Source of the DNA: Planctomycetota bacterium
GTDB taxonomy: Bacteria > Planctomycetota > B15-G4
Reading direction: 5' to 3'
Assembly: GCA_965248575.1 (NCBI GenBank)
Contig: CBDFJQ010000002.1
Coordinates: 2,752,001-2,816,000 of the forward strand
Length of the DNA stretch: 64,000 bases
Shown here: positions 38,448-48,474 of the stretch, piece by piece
How the letters are laid out: every line of letters begins with the position of its first letter
Numbering within the stretch: the first letter of the stretch is position 1
The notes under the pieces: generated by a model
The model's input: only the letters and a program-made list of their open reading frames with translations
Told to the model about the DNA's origin: nothing
The model's database searches: none
Translations under genes and position numbers: made by a program

Positions 38448-39850
38448 ACCCCGCGTCGAACGCTCATGCAGGGCCCGCGCGCTGGATGCTGGTGATGCTG
38501 CTTGCGGTGTGGGGCTGCGGTCCCACGGCGCCCGACAGCGCCGTGGCTGAAGGCACTGGCTCCTCACCCACCACCCGCCTCGTCCTCATCTCGCTCGACA
38601 CCCTGCGCGCCGACCGCTTCGACGCTCAACGCATGCCCTCGCTCACGGCCGCCGCCGAGCAGGGGCTCGTGTTCACCAACTTCCACGCCAGCACCTCGGT
38701 CACCCTCCCCACCCATGTCTCCATGCTCTCGGGCCTGCACCCCTGGGAGCACGGCGTGCTGCGCAACGGCGTCATCGTGCGCGACGAGGTCACGCTCTTG
38801 GCAGAGCGTCTTCAGGAGCGAGGCTTCGCCACTGCGGCCGTGGTGGCGTCCTTCCCGCTGGAGCGACGCTTCCGGGTGGACCAGGGCTTCGACGTCTACG
38901 TCGACGACTTCGAGCAGCAGAGCAGCAAGACGTCCTGGAACCAGCAGAACATCCCGGGGTCCTTGTTCAGCTCCTCTGCCGACAAGGTGGCGGCCCACGC
39001 CACGCGCCTGCTGGACGAGACGGTTGGCGCCCAGCAGTTCTTCTTCTTCCACTTCTTCGACCCTCACGCGCCCTACGGCGACTCCCGCACCAGCGCCAGC
39101 GCGCCGCCGCTCGAACTGAGTGAGGTGCTGAAGAAGGCGCGCAACCAATCACCGGGGCTCGCCAAGTCCATCGACCGGGCCGAGAAGTTGTACGACGCCG
39201 ACGTGCGCTTTCTGGACGGCGTCCTGGGCGGGTTGCTGGCACGCTTGGCGCGGGACGCCGAGCAGATCGAGACTCACATCCTGATCACCGCGGACCACGG
39301 CGAGAGCTTTGGCGAGGACGGCAGCCTGGGACACGGCAAGCGCGTCTCCCCAGCCCAGATTCGCGTGCCTTTCGTGCTCTTGTCGCCCCGCGTGGAGGCG
39401 GGCGTGCGCAGCGAGGTCGCCAGTTCGGTGGACGTCGCCACCACGCTCATGGCCATGGCGGACATCGCACCTGACCCGTCCCTCGCGGGTCGCAACCTGC
39501 TCGACCCTGCGCCCAGTGCAGCCCGGGCGCTCGGCATGCGCAGCCTCTTCGATGAGGTGCAGCAGGATGTTCGCATGGACGGCAGCGCCTTGCCGGTGAC
39601 CGAGCTGCGCTTCTTCCTGGCGCGGGCGGACAAGCACGTGACGGGTTCCTCGAGCGTCGGCACAACCCACGAGGGTGTGGCCCCCGAGCTGGACATGGAG
39701 GGTGGCACCCTGAACGCGAGCGAACGCGCGGGCATCCAACGCTTGTTCGACGGCCTCGCGAAGGAAGTGCACGCGCGCATGGCGGAGATGGTGCAGTCGG
39801 CCGACCCTGAGACCCGGGCGGCCCTGGAAGCCCTGGGCTACACGCGCTGA
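38444..39850 (+). CDS. Sulfatase-like (alkaline phosphatase superfamily) lipoprotein with Thr at the nucleophile position
   Basis: Lipobox-like LAVWGC; LISLDTLRAD, TLPTHVSMLSG, HFFDPHAPY, TADHGE; GTGA overlap with the previous gene. Confidence 0.85.
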   Translation: MNPASNAHAGPARWMLVMLLAVWGCGPTAPDSAVAEGTGSSPTTRLVLISLDTLRADRFDAQRMPSLTAAAEQGLVFTNFHASTSVTLPTHVSMLSGLHPWEHGVLRNGVIVRDEVTLLAERLQERGFATAAVVASFPLERRFRVDQGFDVYVDDFEQQSSKTSWNQQNIPGSLFSSSADKVAAHATRLLDETVGAQQFFFFHFFDPHAPYGDSRTSASAPPLELSEVLKKARNQSPGLAKSIDRAEKLYDADVRFLDGVLGGLLARLARDAEQIETHILITADHGESFGEDGSLGHGKRVSPAQIRVPFVLLSPRVEAGVRSEVASSVDVATTLMAMADIAPDPSLAGRNLLDPAPSAARALGMRSLFDEVQQDVRMDGSALPVTELRFFLARADKHVTGSSSVGTTHEGVAPELDMEGGTLNASERAGIQRLFDGLAKEVHARMAEMVQSADPETRAALEALGYTR

Positions 39851-39857
39851 TTGAGTC

Positions 39858-41096
39858 TCAGGCGTGAGTGCGCTGTGTGCCCACGATGCCGTGCAGGATG
39901 TCGTTCATGGTTTCGGCAGCCACCTCCCACGAACACTTCTCGATGATGGTGCGTCGGGCCGCCTCGCCCATGGACTTGCGCAGGGGCTCGTCGTCCAAGA
40001 GGGCGAGCACCTTGTCGGCGAACACCTGGGGCTCGTCGGCGATCTCGATGTTGACGCCCGGCTCCACGGGCAGGCCGCCGCAGCTCAAGGTGGTGGCCAC
40101 GACCGGCAACTCCAGGGCCCATGCCTGGAGGATCTTGTTCTTGATGCCTGCCCCGCGTTTGAGAGGGCAGACGAAGACCGAGGACTTCTCGACCCAGGGC
40201 TTCACATCGTCCACGAAACCCGTGACGGTCACGCGCTCGGAGGCCAGCGCCTTCACTTCGGCCACTGGGTTCTTGCCGACGATGAAGAGCTTCACTTCGG
40301 GGCGCTTGGCATGGATGAGCGGCAAGGTCTCGCGCACGAAGTCGCAGATGCCTTCGCGGTTGGGCAGGAAATCCATGGCGCCCTCGAACACGAGGCTCGG
40401 GAAGTCTGCCTGCACGCCCTGGGGCGCAAAGACGTCGTAGTCCACGCCGTTGGGCACGACCCGCACGTCGACCTGGGGGCAGTTCTCGGCCAGGGTTTCC
40501 TGATCCATCTGCGAGACAACGGTGCAGACACCGCTGTGGGCCAGGTACTTGCGCTGGAAACGCCAGGTCTTGGTGAGCGTGCGCCAGGCCCTGACCCAGG
40601 CCAGCGGCGAGCGCGCCGTGCGCATGTCGTGCTGGGCTTCCTTCGCTGCTTCGTCCGCGATGTCTCCCAAGGTCGGGAGCCCCAGGAGGTGGCTGTACAC
40701 CAGCATCTTCGCGCCGGCGGTCCACACGAAGTCGATGCCGATGGTACGCACCACCTCCTCCACCACGGTGTGCACCTCCGGGTCGAAGTCGAAGACCTCG
40801 TCCGGGGAGAGTGCGCGCAGCAAGCGCGCCAACCCCTTCGGTTTGACCGGCGTGCGCGTCGGCACCACCCGGATGCTCGTGAAGAGGTTTGCGAGCTCGT
40901 CCGGCAAGTCCGCCTCGGACACAGCTCCCTTGGCCAGGCCCGCCTCTGAACTCGACCCCGGACCTGTTGCAGGACCGAGGGACACCAGGTGAAACTCGTG
41001 ATCCCCGCAGAGCCGCTTCACGTAGTTGTAGTTGTGGAGGTTGTAGCCGTCGTGCAGCGGGTACGGCAGCTTGTGCGTGATCAGGAGGATCTTCAC
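39858..41096 (-). CDS. Glycosyltransferase family 4 (GT-B)
   Basis: KILLITHKLPYPLHDG, VVPNGVD, TGFVDDV, GAGIKNKILQAWA..PVVAT. Confidence 0.9.
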   Translation of the reverse strand: MKILLITHKLPYPLHDGYNLHNYNYVKRLCGDHEFHLVSLGPATGPGSSSEAGLAKGAVSEADLPDELANLFTSIRVVPTRTPVKPKGLARLLRALSPDEVFDFDPEVHTVVEEVVRTIGIDFVWTAGAKMLVYSHLLGLPTLGDIADEAAKEAQHDMRTARSPLAWVRAWRTLTKTWRFQRKYLAHSGVCTVVSQMDQETLAENCPQVDVRVVPNGVDYDVFAPQGVQADFPSLVFEGAMDFLPNREGICDFVRETLPLIHAKRPEVKLFIVGKNPVAEVKALASERVTVTGFVDDVKPWVEKSSVFVCPLKRGAGIKNKILQAWALELPVVATTLSCGGLPVEPGVNIEIADEPQVFADKVLALLDDEPLRKSMGEAARRTIIEKCSWEVAAETMNDILHGIVGTQRTHA

Positions 41097-41370
41097 GACG
41101 GCCTCAGTGCCGAAGCCTGCTCGGCGAAGATTCGACGGGGCGAGGGTGCTGTGAATGCCCATTCACAGCCGACTGGAGGGGAGAGTGGGGGAGTCTACCG
41201 GACCCCATCGACACTCGGAACGGCGGGCTGAATAAGGATTGCCCCTGCACCTCCCGGGCCGCTGCAAACGCTATCGTTACAGCAGGACGCGATTCTCGCC
41301 GATGGAGACCAATCTCCCTCGTGCAACGCAGTTCCCACCGCTTCCGCCGACCCGCGCAGACCCGCTCCTC

Positions 41371-42234
41371 ATGGCCCGACCCGATCACCTGATTGCCTAC
41401 TTCGGCCACCACAAGTGCGCCTCCACGTGGATCCACAACATCGTGGGCAACGTCTGTGATGAAACGGGGCTGCAGTGCAGCTACCTGGCCAACGACGGGA
41501 TGTTCAACCACGACCTGCCCGGCTATGTCGCGCAGAACGAGGTCGATTTCCTGTGCCTTGTCAACGCCAACATCGGTCATGTGCGCAAGCTGCCCGACTT
41601 CCGTGGCTTCCACATGGTGCGGGACCCGCGCGACATCCTGGCCAGCGCCTACTTCAGCCATCTGCACAGCCACAAGACCGACGCCTGGCCGGCACTGGTG
41701 GAACACCGCGCCAAGCTGGAGACCGTCAGCAAGGAGCAGGGCCTCTTCCTCGAGATGGAGTTCAACGCCGAGGTCTTCGAGGACATGTGGACCTGGGACT
41801 ACGAGCAACCCAACGTCATGGAGCTCAAGCAGGAGATCTTCACCAAGGACCCGCTGAACGGCTTCGTGGAGGTCTTCCGCTTCCTGGGCGTGCTGGACGA
41901 GACGCACCACGGCAAGAAGGCCCAGGCCAAGTACCTCCTGAGCTCCGCCGCCAACGTCATCAGCCGCCACAGCAAGTTGCCCATCGGCAAGCCCATGGCC
42001 TCACTGCCCGTGGAGCGCCTGTTGGGCATCGTCCACAACCACCGCTTCGAGACGAAGACAGCGGGCCGCGAAGCCGGCAAGGAAGACGTGAAGAGCCACT
42101 ACCGCAAGGGTCAGCCGGGCGACTGGCGCAACCACTTCAACGAACAGCACGTGGCGGCCTTCAAGGAGCGGCACAACGAGCTGCTGATCCGCATGGGCTA
42201 TGAGGACAGCCCGGACTGGGGCCTCGAAGCCTGA
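41371..42234 (+). CDS. PAPS-dependent sulfotransferase domain protein
   Basis: HKCASTW (5'-PSB), RDPRDILASAY (3'-PB), RKGQPGDWRNHF. Start could be 41302. Confidence 0.88.
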   Translation: MARPDHLIAYFGHHKCASTWIHNIVGNVCDETGLQCSYLANDGMFNHDLPGYVAQNEVDFLCLVNANIGHVRKLPDFRGFHMVRDPRDILASAYFSHLHSHKTDAWPALVEHRAKLETVSKEQGLFLEMEFNAEVFEDMWTWDYEQPNVMELKQEIFTKDPLNGFVEVFRFLGVLDETHHGKKAQAKYLLSSAANVISRHSKLPIGKPMASLPVERLLGIVHNHRFETKTAGREAGKEDVKSHYRKGQPGDWRNHFNEQHVAAFKERHNELLIRMGYEDSPDWGLEA

Positions 42235-42258
42235 GCGCAGCGCTCGGCTCGCTCCCTA

Positions 42259-44598
42259 CTAAGAGTCGGGGTGGAACAAGGTGTCCTCGGACACGCCGCC
42301 CGTCCTGGAATCGACGCTGAAGCGCGCCGGCCCCGTGGGTGAACCCACGTAGAAACTGGGCCAGTTGTCGAACACGGGATTGCTGGGGGGTACCGAGGTC
42401 TCACTCGTGAGCACCCGCAGGCTCTCTCCCGGGACCATGTAGTAGGTCTGGTACTCCCAAGGCCCCAGGTCCACGGGGTCGTTGCTGGCCACCGCGTCAT
42501 GGGTGAAGGAGGCCACCGGCGACCAGGGAGCCGCCGACGTGAGCACCCCCATGGTGAGCAGCAACGGACGATTCTGGGGGTTCAGGGGCAGGATGATCTG
42601 GTTCAACCAGGCCGGTTCCCCGAGGTGCTGCACCTGGACGAGGAAGAGCATGCCCGGCGGCCCCACGATCGAGAAGGTGCTGCGCGCACCGAGCTCCGTA
42701 ACGAGCGGCGCCTCGACGACCACGGGTGCCCGAAGGGCTTCAAACTCGTGCGTGATGGGCGTCCCCAACTCGTCCCCCGGCGCCGGGTGGTGGTAGTGAA
42801 TACCCCCGTCGGTGAGGGGCAGCCCATCGATGGCCCACTGCAGGAGATCGGCCTCACGCGGATAGGGCTGGGTGCTCTTGTGGCCCAGCCGAAACTCCAC
42901 GTCGAAGCGATAGGGAACCTGGAACTGCTCCAGCTTCTCGATGTAGGACACCATGTGCGCGAAGGGCTTCGTGGGGTCGTGCGTGCCCGTCTTGAACAAG
43001 ACCGTCGTCCCACGGTCCTTCAGGTTCTGCACGAAGGTGGACGAGCCCGAAGCCTGGGTCGCGTCGAAGAGCTCTGGCGCCGTGGTTCCCAACAGGTTGT
43101 AGGCCGCCAACTCGGGCCCCGTCTGCCCCGCTTGATCGGGGTTCTCCCAGCCGGTGGTGATGGAAGCCGTGTAGCCCGTGGACTCCTGCAGCCCCGTCTG
43201 CACCAAGGCATAGGTGGGGTTGGCGTAGCGCAGCAACGTGTCTGCCGGGTAGGTGATGGGCGAACTGGTCAGCATGAACACGACACGCAGCGAGGGGTCC
43301 AGGTCGGGATGTCCCCAAAGCGCCAACTCGGCCGTGCCGCCACGCGAGAACCCGGAGCTGACGATGGTATTCAGGTCGAGAGCCAACGGCCCCGTCACCT
43401 CCGCGAAGAGCTTGTTCATGGTGTGGATGGCCGAACCATGGACCCCCACCGTGCTGCGGGCACCGCCCCCATTGGTCAGCACGCCCACAACCTTGTGGTT
43501 GGGGTTGGCCAGGTACACATCCGCCAAGGTGGAGAAGAACACCTTCCCGCTGTTGCTGAACCTCAGGACGCTCGTGGTGTCGTAACCGCTGTTGAACAGC
43601 ACCGGGTGCCCCGGGCTCGCCGTACTGGACCAATGGGGCGGCAGGATGAAGCTGGCCAGGCAGTTCTCCGAACCCTCATGCGCAGGGTCGTCGAAGGTCA
43701 CCACATAGTTGGCGAGCAGCTGGAAAATAGGCAGGTCGTCGTCCACCAGCCGGTCCTGCTCCGCCAGGGGCTCCGAGTCGTCCGTGTAGTTCCGGAAGCC
43801 GATAGGAATACCGCAATAGGCACGAACCCGATCCGAGAAGCGGATCATGGCCAGCTTGGTGTAGGCCTTGAGGGACCAGTCCTCGGCCATGTAGCGCTCG
43901 TAGCTCGGCACCATCGCCTCGCTATGACTCCCGGTGCTGTCCTCGAAGAACGAGTATTCCGCCGAGTTCCAGAAGTAGGGCGTGGGCGGCAAAGCAGGAG
44001 GCATGTCCTCCCCACCCACCTGGGTCTGGGTGTACTGCCCGTTCACGATGTCCACATCGGTGATGCCGTCGGTGGCCCCCATGGACCACGAGCCGTCCGA
44101 GCCAGTCGCGTCCCGCTTCCAATGCGTCACCATGCCGACACCGCCCGCAAAGCGATTGGTCAGGAGCGGATGCACCACGACGAGAAAGGCCTGCCCCGAA
44201 ACCGTCGTGTGCGTGAACTCCGCGAAGGGCAGCGGCTGCCCCAACCCATCTTGCAGCACCACAGCCGCCGGCACATACAGCCTGACGGTCTGCGTCGCGG
44301 GATGGAACTCGGCGATGCGCAAGACCTCTGGCGTCGAGCCGAACAACTCGGCGCGCACGTGCAAGGTCTGACTCAGGCCCACACTGCTCTGGACGAACTC
44401 GCTCAGGGGAACGAGGTCTTGCCCGAGATCATCGACCGGATTGAACAAGGCCACGAGATCGCTCGCCGGGGCCGTCTGAGCCGCCGCCGGTGCGAGCGCG
44501 GAAGAACCCAGCAGGAATGCCAGCGACACTCCCACACAGAACACGACACATGGCGCCGCCCAGCGCCCACTGCACACCTTCACCATCTGAGTGCCCAC
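42259..44598 (-). CDS. Secreted protein with a probable alpha/beta-hydrolase domain
   Basis: Signal peptide ending APAAA-Q; nucleophile elbow GFSRGG, candidate Asp (GTHDP) and His (LGHK). Start uncertain. Confidence 0.6.
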   Translation of the reverse strand: MGTQMVKVCSGRWAAPCVVFCVGVSLAFLLGSSALAPAAAQTAPASDLVALFNPVDDLGQDLVPLSEFVQSSVGLSQTLHVRAELFGSTPEVLRIAEFHPATQTVRLYVPAAVVLQDGLGQPLPFAEFTHTTVSGQAFLVVVHPLLTNRFAGGVGMVTHWKRDATGSDGSWSMGATDGITDVDIVNGQYTQTQVGGEDMPPALPPTPYFWNSAEYSFFEDSTGSHSEAMVPSYERYMAEDWSLKAYTKLAMIRFSDRVRAYCGIPIGFRNYTDDSEPLAEQDRLVDDDLPIFQLLANYVVTFDDPAHEGSENCLASFILPPHWSSTASPGHPVLFNSGYDTTSVLRFSNSGKVFFSTLADVYLANPNHKVVGVLTNGGGARSTVGVHGSAIHTMNKLFAEVTGPLALDLNTIVSSGFSRGGTAELALWGHPDLDPSLRVVFMLTSSPITYPADTLLRYANPTYALVQTGLQESTGYTASITTGWENPDQAGQTGPELAAYNLLGTTAPELFDATQASGSSTFVQNLKDRGTTVLFKTGTHDPTKPFAHMVSYIEKLEQFQVPYRFDVEFRLGHKSTQPYPREADLLQWAIDGLPLTDGGIHYHHPAPGDELGTPITHEFEALRAPVVVEAPLVTELGARSTFSIVGPPGMLFLVQVQHLGEPAWLNQIILPLNPQNRPLLLTMGVLTSAAPWSPVASFTHDAVASNDPVDLGPWEYQTYYMVPGESLRVLTSETSVPPSNPVFDNWPSFYVGSPTGPARFSVDSRTGGVSEDTLFHPDS

Positions 44599-44771
44599 CC
44601 GTTTGGTTGCAGAACGTTTGGAGATTCCCGAGGCCCGATCCTAAGCCAAGAGACGTGCAGCGTCTCCATCTCTCCGAAGTTTGACACGAGGTCGCAGAAT
44701 CTTCACGGGCGTGCGCTCGGTTCGCAGTCGCACCCGTGAAAGCAAGCAGCTTGCTGCATGGATCGGGCGCT

Positions 44772-46016
44772 TCAGGCCCCGCCGCCGAAGGCGTCCCAGT
44801 CCACCGCATGTCGGTCGAGTTTTGGCAAGTCCACGCGCATCACCTCGAGGTACTTCTGCGCAGCCCCCGTGTTGAAGACGACCACCGTTTCGTCGGCACC
44901 GACATGACCTTCGAGCACGGCCCGTTGCAGAACCTCCAGACACACGGCGCTTTCCGGGCAGAGGGAAATGCCCTCGAGCGCAGCGGCCTGACGCATGCGC
45001 GGGCGCAAGCAGGACTCGTCGCCCGCCATGGCGCGGCCACCGCTTTCGCGCACGGCATCCAGGATCATGAAGTCGCCCACGGCCACGGGCACACGCAGCC
45101 CCGCAGCTTCGGTGTGCGGGTCGGCTGGAGCCGAGGCAAAACGTTCACCGGCGTCGAAGGCCGTCGCGATGGGTGAACACCCCGACGCCTGGCAACTGAA
45201 CATGCGCGGTCGCTTCGCGCTCTCGAGCCAACCCAGGGCCCCCAGCTCCGCAAAGGCCTTCCACATGCCGATCAGACCCGTTCCACCGCCCGTTGGATAG
45301 AAGATGGCGTCCGGCAACTCCCAGTCCATCTGCTCGGCGAGTTCCAGCCCCATGGTCTTCTTGCCCTCGATGCGATAGGGCTCCTTGAGGGTGCTCACGT
45401 CGAACCAACCGAAGCGTTCACTGCCTTCGCGCACCAGGGCACCGCAGTCGTTGATAAGTCCGTTGACCAGGAAGACCCGGGCGCCGAAGAGGGCCGCCTC
45501 GTAACGGTTCACTTCCGGTGTGTCCTCCGGCATCAGCACGACGCACTCGAGCCCTGCGCGCGCCGCATAGGCCGCCAGGGCGCCCCCCGCATTGCCCGCC
45601 GTGGGGATCGCGAGGCTCTGCACGCCGAGTTGCTTCGCCATGGAGACTGCGAGCGCCATGCCCCGCGCCTTGAAGCTGCCGGTGGGCAAGCGCGATTCAT
45701 CCTTGATGAGCAGGCGCCCCACGCCCACCTGCTTCGCGAGCTTCGGACAGTCCACGAGCGGCGTCGTGGTTTCGCCCAAGGAAACGATGTGCGCACTGTC
45801 GTCCACGGGCAACAGCTCGCGATAGCGCCACAAGCCGGACTCGCGGCCCACCAGGTCACTGCGAGAGACGGCAGCACCCACGGCGTCCAGGTCGTAGCGC
45901 ACCCACAGCGGGCGTCCCTCGTGCACGGTCTGCAAGCTGCGGGCGGGAAGCTGCGTGCCATCGATGGCCGACTCGAGATGGGTCACGAAGGACGACGTGC
46001 GGTGCAGTGTGCTCAA
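44772..46016 (-). CDS. thrC: Threonine synthase (fold-type II PLP enzyme)
   Basis: LWRYRELLP, KDESRLPTGSFKARG, TAGNAG, EPYRIEGKKTMGLE, YPTGGGTG, FNTG. Confidence 0.85.
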   Translation of the reverse strand: MSTLHRTSSFVTHLESAIDGTQLPARSLQTVHEGRPLWVRYDLDAVGAAVSRSDLVGRESGLWRYRELLPVDDSAHIVSLGETTTPLVDCPKLAKQVGVGRLLIKDESRLPTGSFKARGMALAVSMAKQLGVQSLAIPTAGNAGGALAAYAARAGLECVVLMPEDTPEVNRYEAALFGARVFLVNGLINDCGALVREGSERFGWFDVSTLKEPYRIEGKKTMGLELAEQMDWELPDAIFYPTGGGTGLIGMWKAFAELGALGWLESAKRPRMFSCQASGCSPIATAFDAGERFASAPADPHTEAAGLRVPVAVGDFMILDAVRESGGRAMAGDESCLRPRMRQAAALEGISLCPESAVCLEVLQRAVLEGHVGADETVVVFNTGAAQKYLEVMRVDLPKLDRHAVDWDAFGGGA

Positions 46017-46096
46017 GGGCTTGCTCGGGGGCTTGTGCGGGGACTTGCAGAAGTTGAGGCGTGGCGACCGCTGTCAGGACGCGCCGGGAGCCCAGC

Positions 46097-47281
46097 CTAC
46101 AGCGCGGCGGTTCCCAGCACGTGCCCCACACCTGTCCACACCGAAAGCAGGAAGAGCATGCCGGCCAGGGCGCGGACGACGGCCTTGTCGTGCAACTCCA
46201 TCGCGCCCAGGGCCAGGGGCCAGAGCGTCCACAGGTAGCGGGTCGTGGATTGGGCCGCGAGCCCCGTGTAGGACAGCGCCAAGACGCCCATGAGCAGCGC
46301 CAGCAACGCCAGCCGCCCGTCCAGCTTGCGCAGCTTGACTCCCATCAGGATCACGATCGGCAGGGTCAGATAGATGAGCACCACGAAGGAGGTCTCGATG
46401 CCCAGCTCATAGAGGCTGCCGGGGCCACCCAGGAAGGAGAAACGCATCTGCCAGATGTCCTCCTGCAAGCCATTGAGGTCGTGGGCAGACATCTTCCACA
46501 GGAAGTAGCCCCCCACGGGCAGCGCAGCCCACAGCGCCGCACAGGCCTCGAGCAGCTTGCGTGGGACGCCTTCCGAAGCTCGCAACACTCGCAGGAGTTC
46601 GATCACCCCGAGCGCCAGCAAGAAGGGAGCGCCAATGTGCCGCACCATCACGCTCGCCCCGGCCAGGAGGGACGCCCCGGCGAGCCACGCGAGATGCCGC
46701 TTGCCGCCCACGCCAACCTTGGCAGCATCCTGGGAAGACTCCCGCGCAGACACTGCTTCCGCTTTCAGGTAGGCCCACCATGCAAGCATCGAAACCCACA
46801 TCCACGTGCTCTCGCTGTAGGCCACCGTGCCAAAGGTCAACCAGCCGGGCATGGTGATCAGGATCAGCAGGGCGCCGTCCGCCGAACAGCGCCGCCGACG
46901 CCCATAGACCTGCGCCAACAGGAAGAACATACCGAGGGCAAGCACAGCGCTGCCGTTGGAAACCATGACGGCGGACGTCTGCGTATTGCCCACCACCCAG
47001 TCCACGCCACGGATGAGCAACGGGAAGCCCATGGGGTAGTTGCGGCTGAAAGTGTCGTAATAACCCTCGCGTGCCAGGCGCTGGTAGGCGTTGCTGTCAA
47101 AGCCGCGACTCAGGTACCAGACCACATCGTTGGCGTTGCCCTCGCGCGGTGCCTGATACGAGGGTTCCCCCTGCTCATGGTCCGCCACCGTGACCAGGAT
47201 CAGGATCAAGGCCGCCTTCACGAGCAGGGCGCGCAGCAGCCATTTGCTGAAGGGGGTGCTGACTGGAGGCGTCTCCGTCAA
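46097..47281 (-). CDS. GT-C fold membrane glycosyltransferase (mannosyltransferase PIG-V-like)
   Basis: FDSNAYQRLAREGY, YPMGFPLLIR, AYSES motifs; about 10 TM helices; TTG start overlapping the upstream stop. Confidence 0.7.
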   Translation of the reverse strand: MTETPPVSTPFSKWLLRALLVKAALILILVTVADHEQGEPSYQAPREGNANDVVWYLSRGFDSNAYQRLAREGYYDTFSRNYPMGFPLLIRGVDWVVGNTQTSAVMVSNGSAVLALGMFFLLAQVYGRRRRCSADGALLILITMPGWLTFGTVAYSESTWMWVSMLAWWAYLKAEAVSARESSQDAAKVGVGGKRHLAWLAGASLLAGASVMVRHIGAPFLLALGVIELLRVLRASEGVPRKLLEACAALWAALPVGGYFLWKMSAHDLNGLQEDIWQMRFSFLGGPGSLYELGIETSFVVLIYLTLPIVILMGVKLRKLDGRLALLALLMGVLALSYTGLAAQSTTRYLWTLWPLALGAMELHDKAVVRALAGMLFLLSVWTGVGHVLGTAAL

Positions 47282-48474
47282 AACATGCTCGGCATCCAGG
47301 GTGCCGACCCGGCGAAAGCGCTGCGCAAGGCCGCGCGCGAGGACTCGGACAGACCGGGGTCCACCAGGCCTTGGAGCATCAGGTTCTCCGGGGTCTGGAA
47401 GCCGGTGTAGAGCGCAGCCAAGCCGCGCACATCCAGACGCACGCTGCCGTCACCGCCCGGCTCCACCTCGCCCCGCCCGCCGCGGATGCGCAGCACCCGT
47501 CGCCCCGCATTGCGCTCCACCACATCGTCGGCGACGTCCAGAGCCAGCTCGAGCTCCAAGCCCGCCGGATAACCCCGCGCGCTCAGGGCGGCGTCCACAT
47601 CCACGAGCCGCGTCATCCAATGCATGTTCAGCGTGCACTTGGAGCGCCACTCGGGCTGCATCGTCAGGAGCGGGTGATGGGGGCAGGCGAAGAGCGTCGC
47701 CGAGCCGGCCATGCTCTGGTGCGCGCCGAGGAAAGCCAACAGCCGACGCCCCCCCGCCTCGCTGTTGATGACCAGGTCCTTGATGGCCAACTCGTACCAA
47801 CCATCCTTGTCATCCACCTGCGTGAAGGAGACATAGGCGCTGATGGCGCCGTCCTCTTCCACCACGTGATGGCTGGAAGCCTGCTTGTACGGATTGCGCA
47901 CGCGGCCCCAGATGTAGTCGCCCCGGTCGAGCAGGCCCGCCTGCCCCTGGGCGAAGCGATCGTAGGCAGCTTGCATCGCCTGAAAGTCGAGAGAATCGGC
48001 GCTGCGCACCTCCAGCTCTCCCGCCCTGGTGGCCATGCCCTTGAGGGGCATGTTCACTTCCCAGCGGCTGCCCGCCAGCTCGTAGCCTGCTGAGCGGTAG
48101 AGGTGAAGGGTGGCGGGGTAGAGGGTGGAGAGAGGCACACCCTGCGTCGCGAGCTCGCGCATTGCCTCGCGCATGAGCACACTGGCCGCGCCCCGCCCTC
48201 GGTAGGCGGGATCGACACCGACGGCGGCCACCCCCTGCATGGGCACCGAGCGCCCGCCGAACCACTGCCCCATGGGCACCAGCATCAAACCGCCCACGAC
48301 GCGACGGCCTGCGCCCACGTCGCGCACGCAGCGCAAGGAACCCAGGCCCCCGGCGGCCTCGAAATTGTGTCGCAAGCGCTCCGCCTCCGCGTTGAAGCAG
48401 ACACCCAGGATCTCTGCCAGCGCCTCGGCCTCCGCCGCGCCCTGGGGCACACCCACGTCATAGGTCCGCGTCAT
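47278..48474 (-). CDS. Eis-like GNAT acetyltransferase with a C-terminal SCP2-like domain
   Basis: GVAAVGVDPAYRGRGAASVLM, STLYPA...YRSAGYE, RLVDVDAALSARGY; ends W-M-P-S-M-F. Confidence 0.88.
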   Translation of the reverse strand: MTRTYDVGVPQGAAEAEALAEILGVCFNAEAERLRHNFEAAGGLGSLRCVRDVGAGRRVVGGLMLVPMGQWFGGRSVPMQGVAAVGVDPAYRGRGAASVLMREAMRELATQGVPLSTLYPATLHLYRSAGYELAGSRWEVNMPLKGMATRAGELEVRSADSLDFQAMQAAYDRFAQGQAGLLDRGDYIWGRVRNPYKQASSHHVVEEDGAISAYVSFTQVDDKDGWYELAIKDLVINSEAGGRRLLAFLGAHQSMAGSATLFACPHHPLLTMQPEWRSKCTLNMHWMTRLVDVDAALSARGYPAGLELELALDVADDVVERNAGRRVLRIRGGRGEVEPGGDGSVRLDVRGLAALYTGFQTPENLMLQGLVDPGLSESSRAALRSAFAGSAPWMPSMF

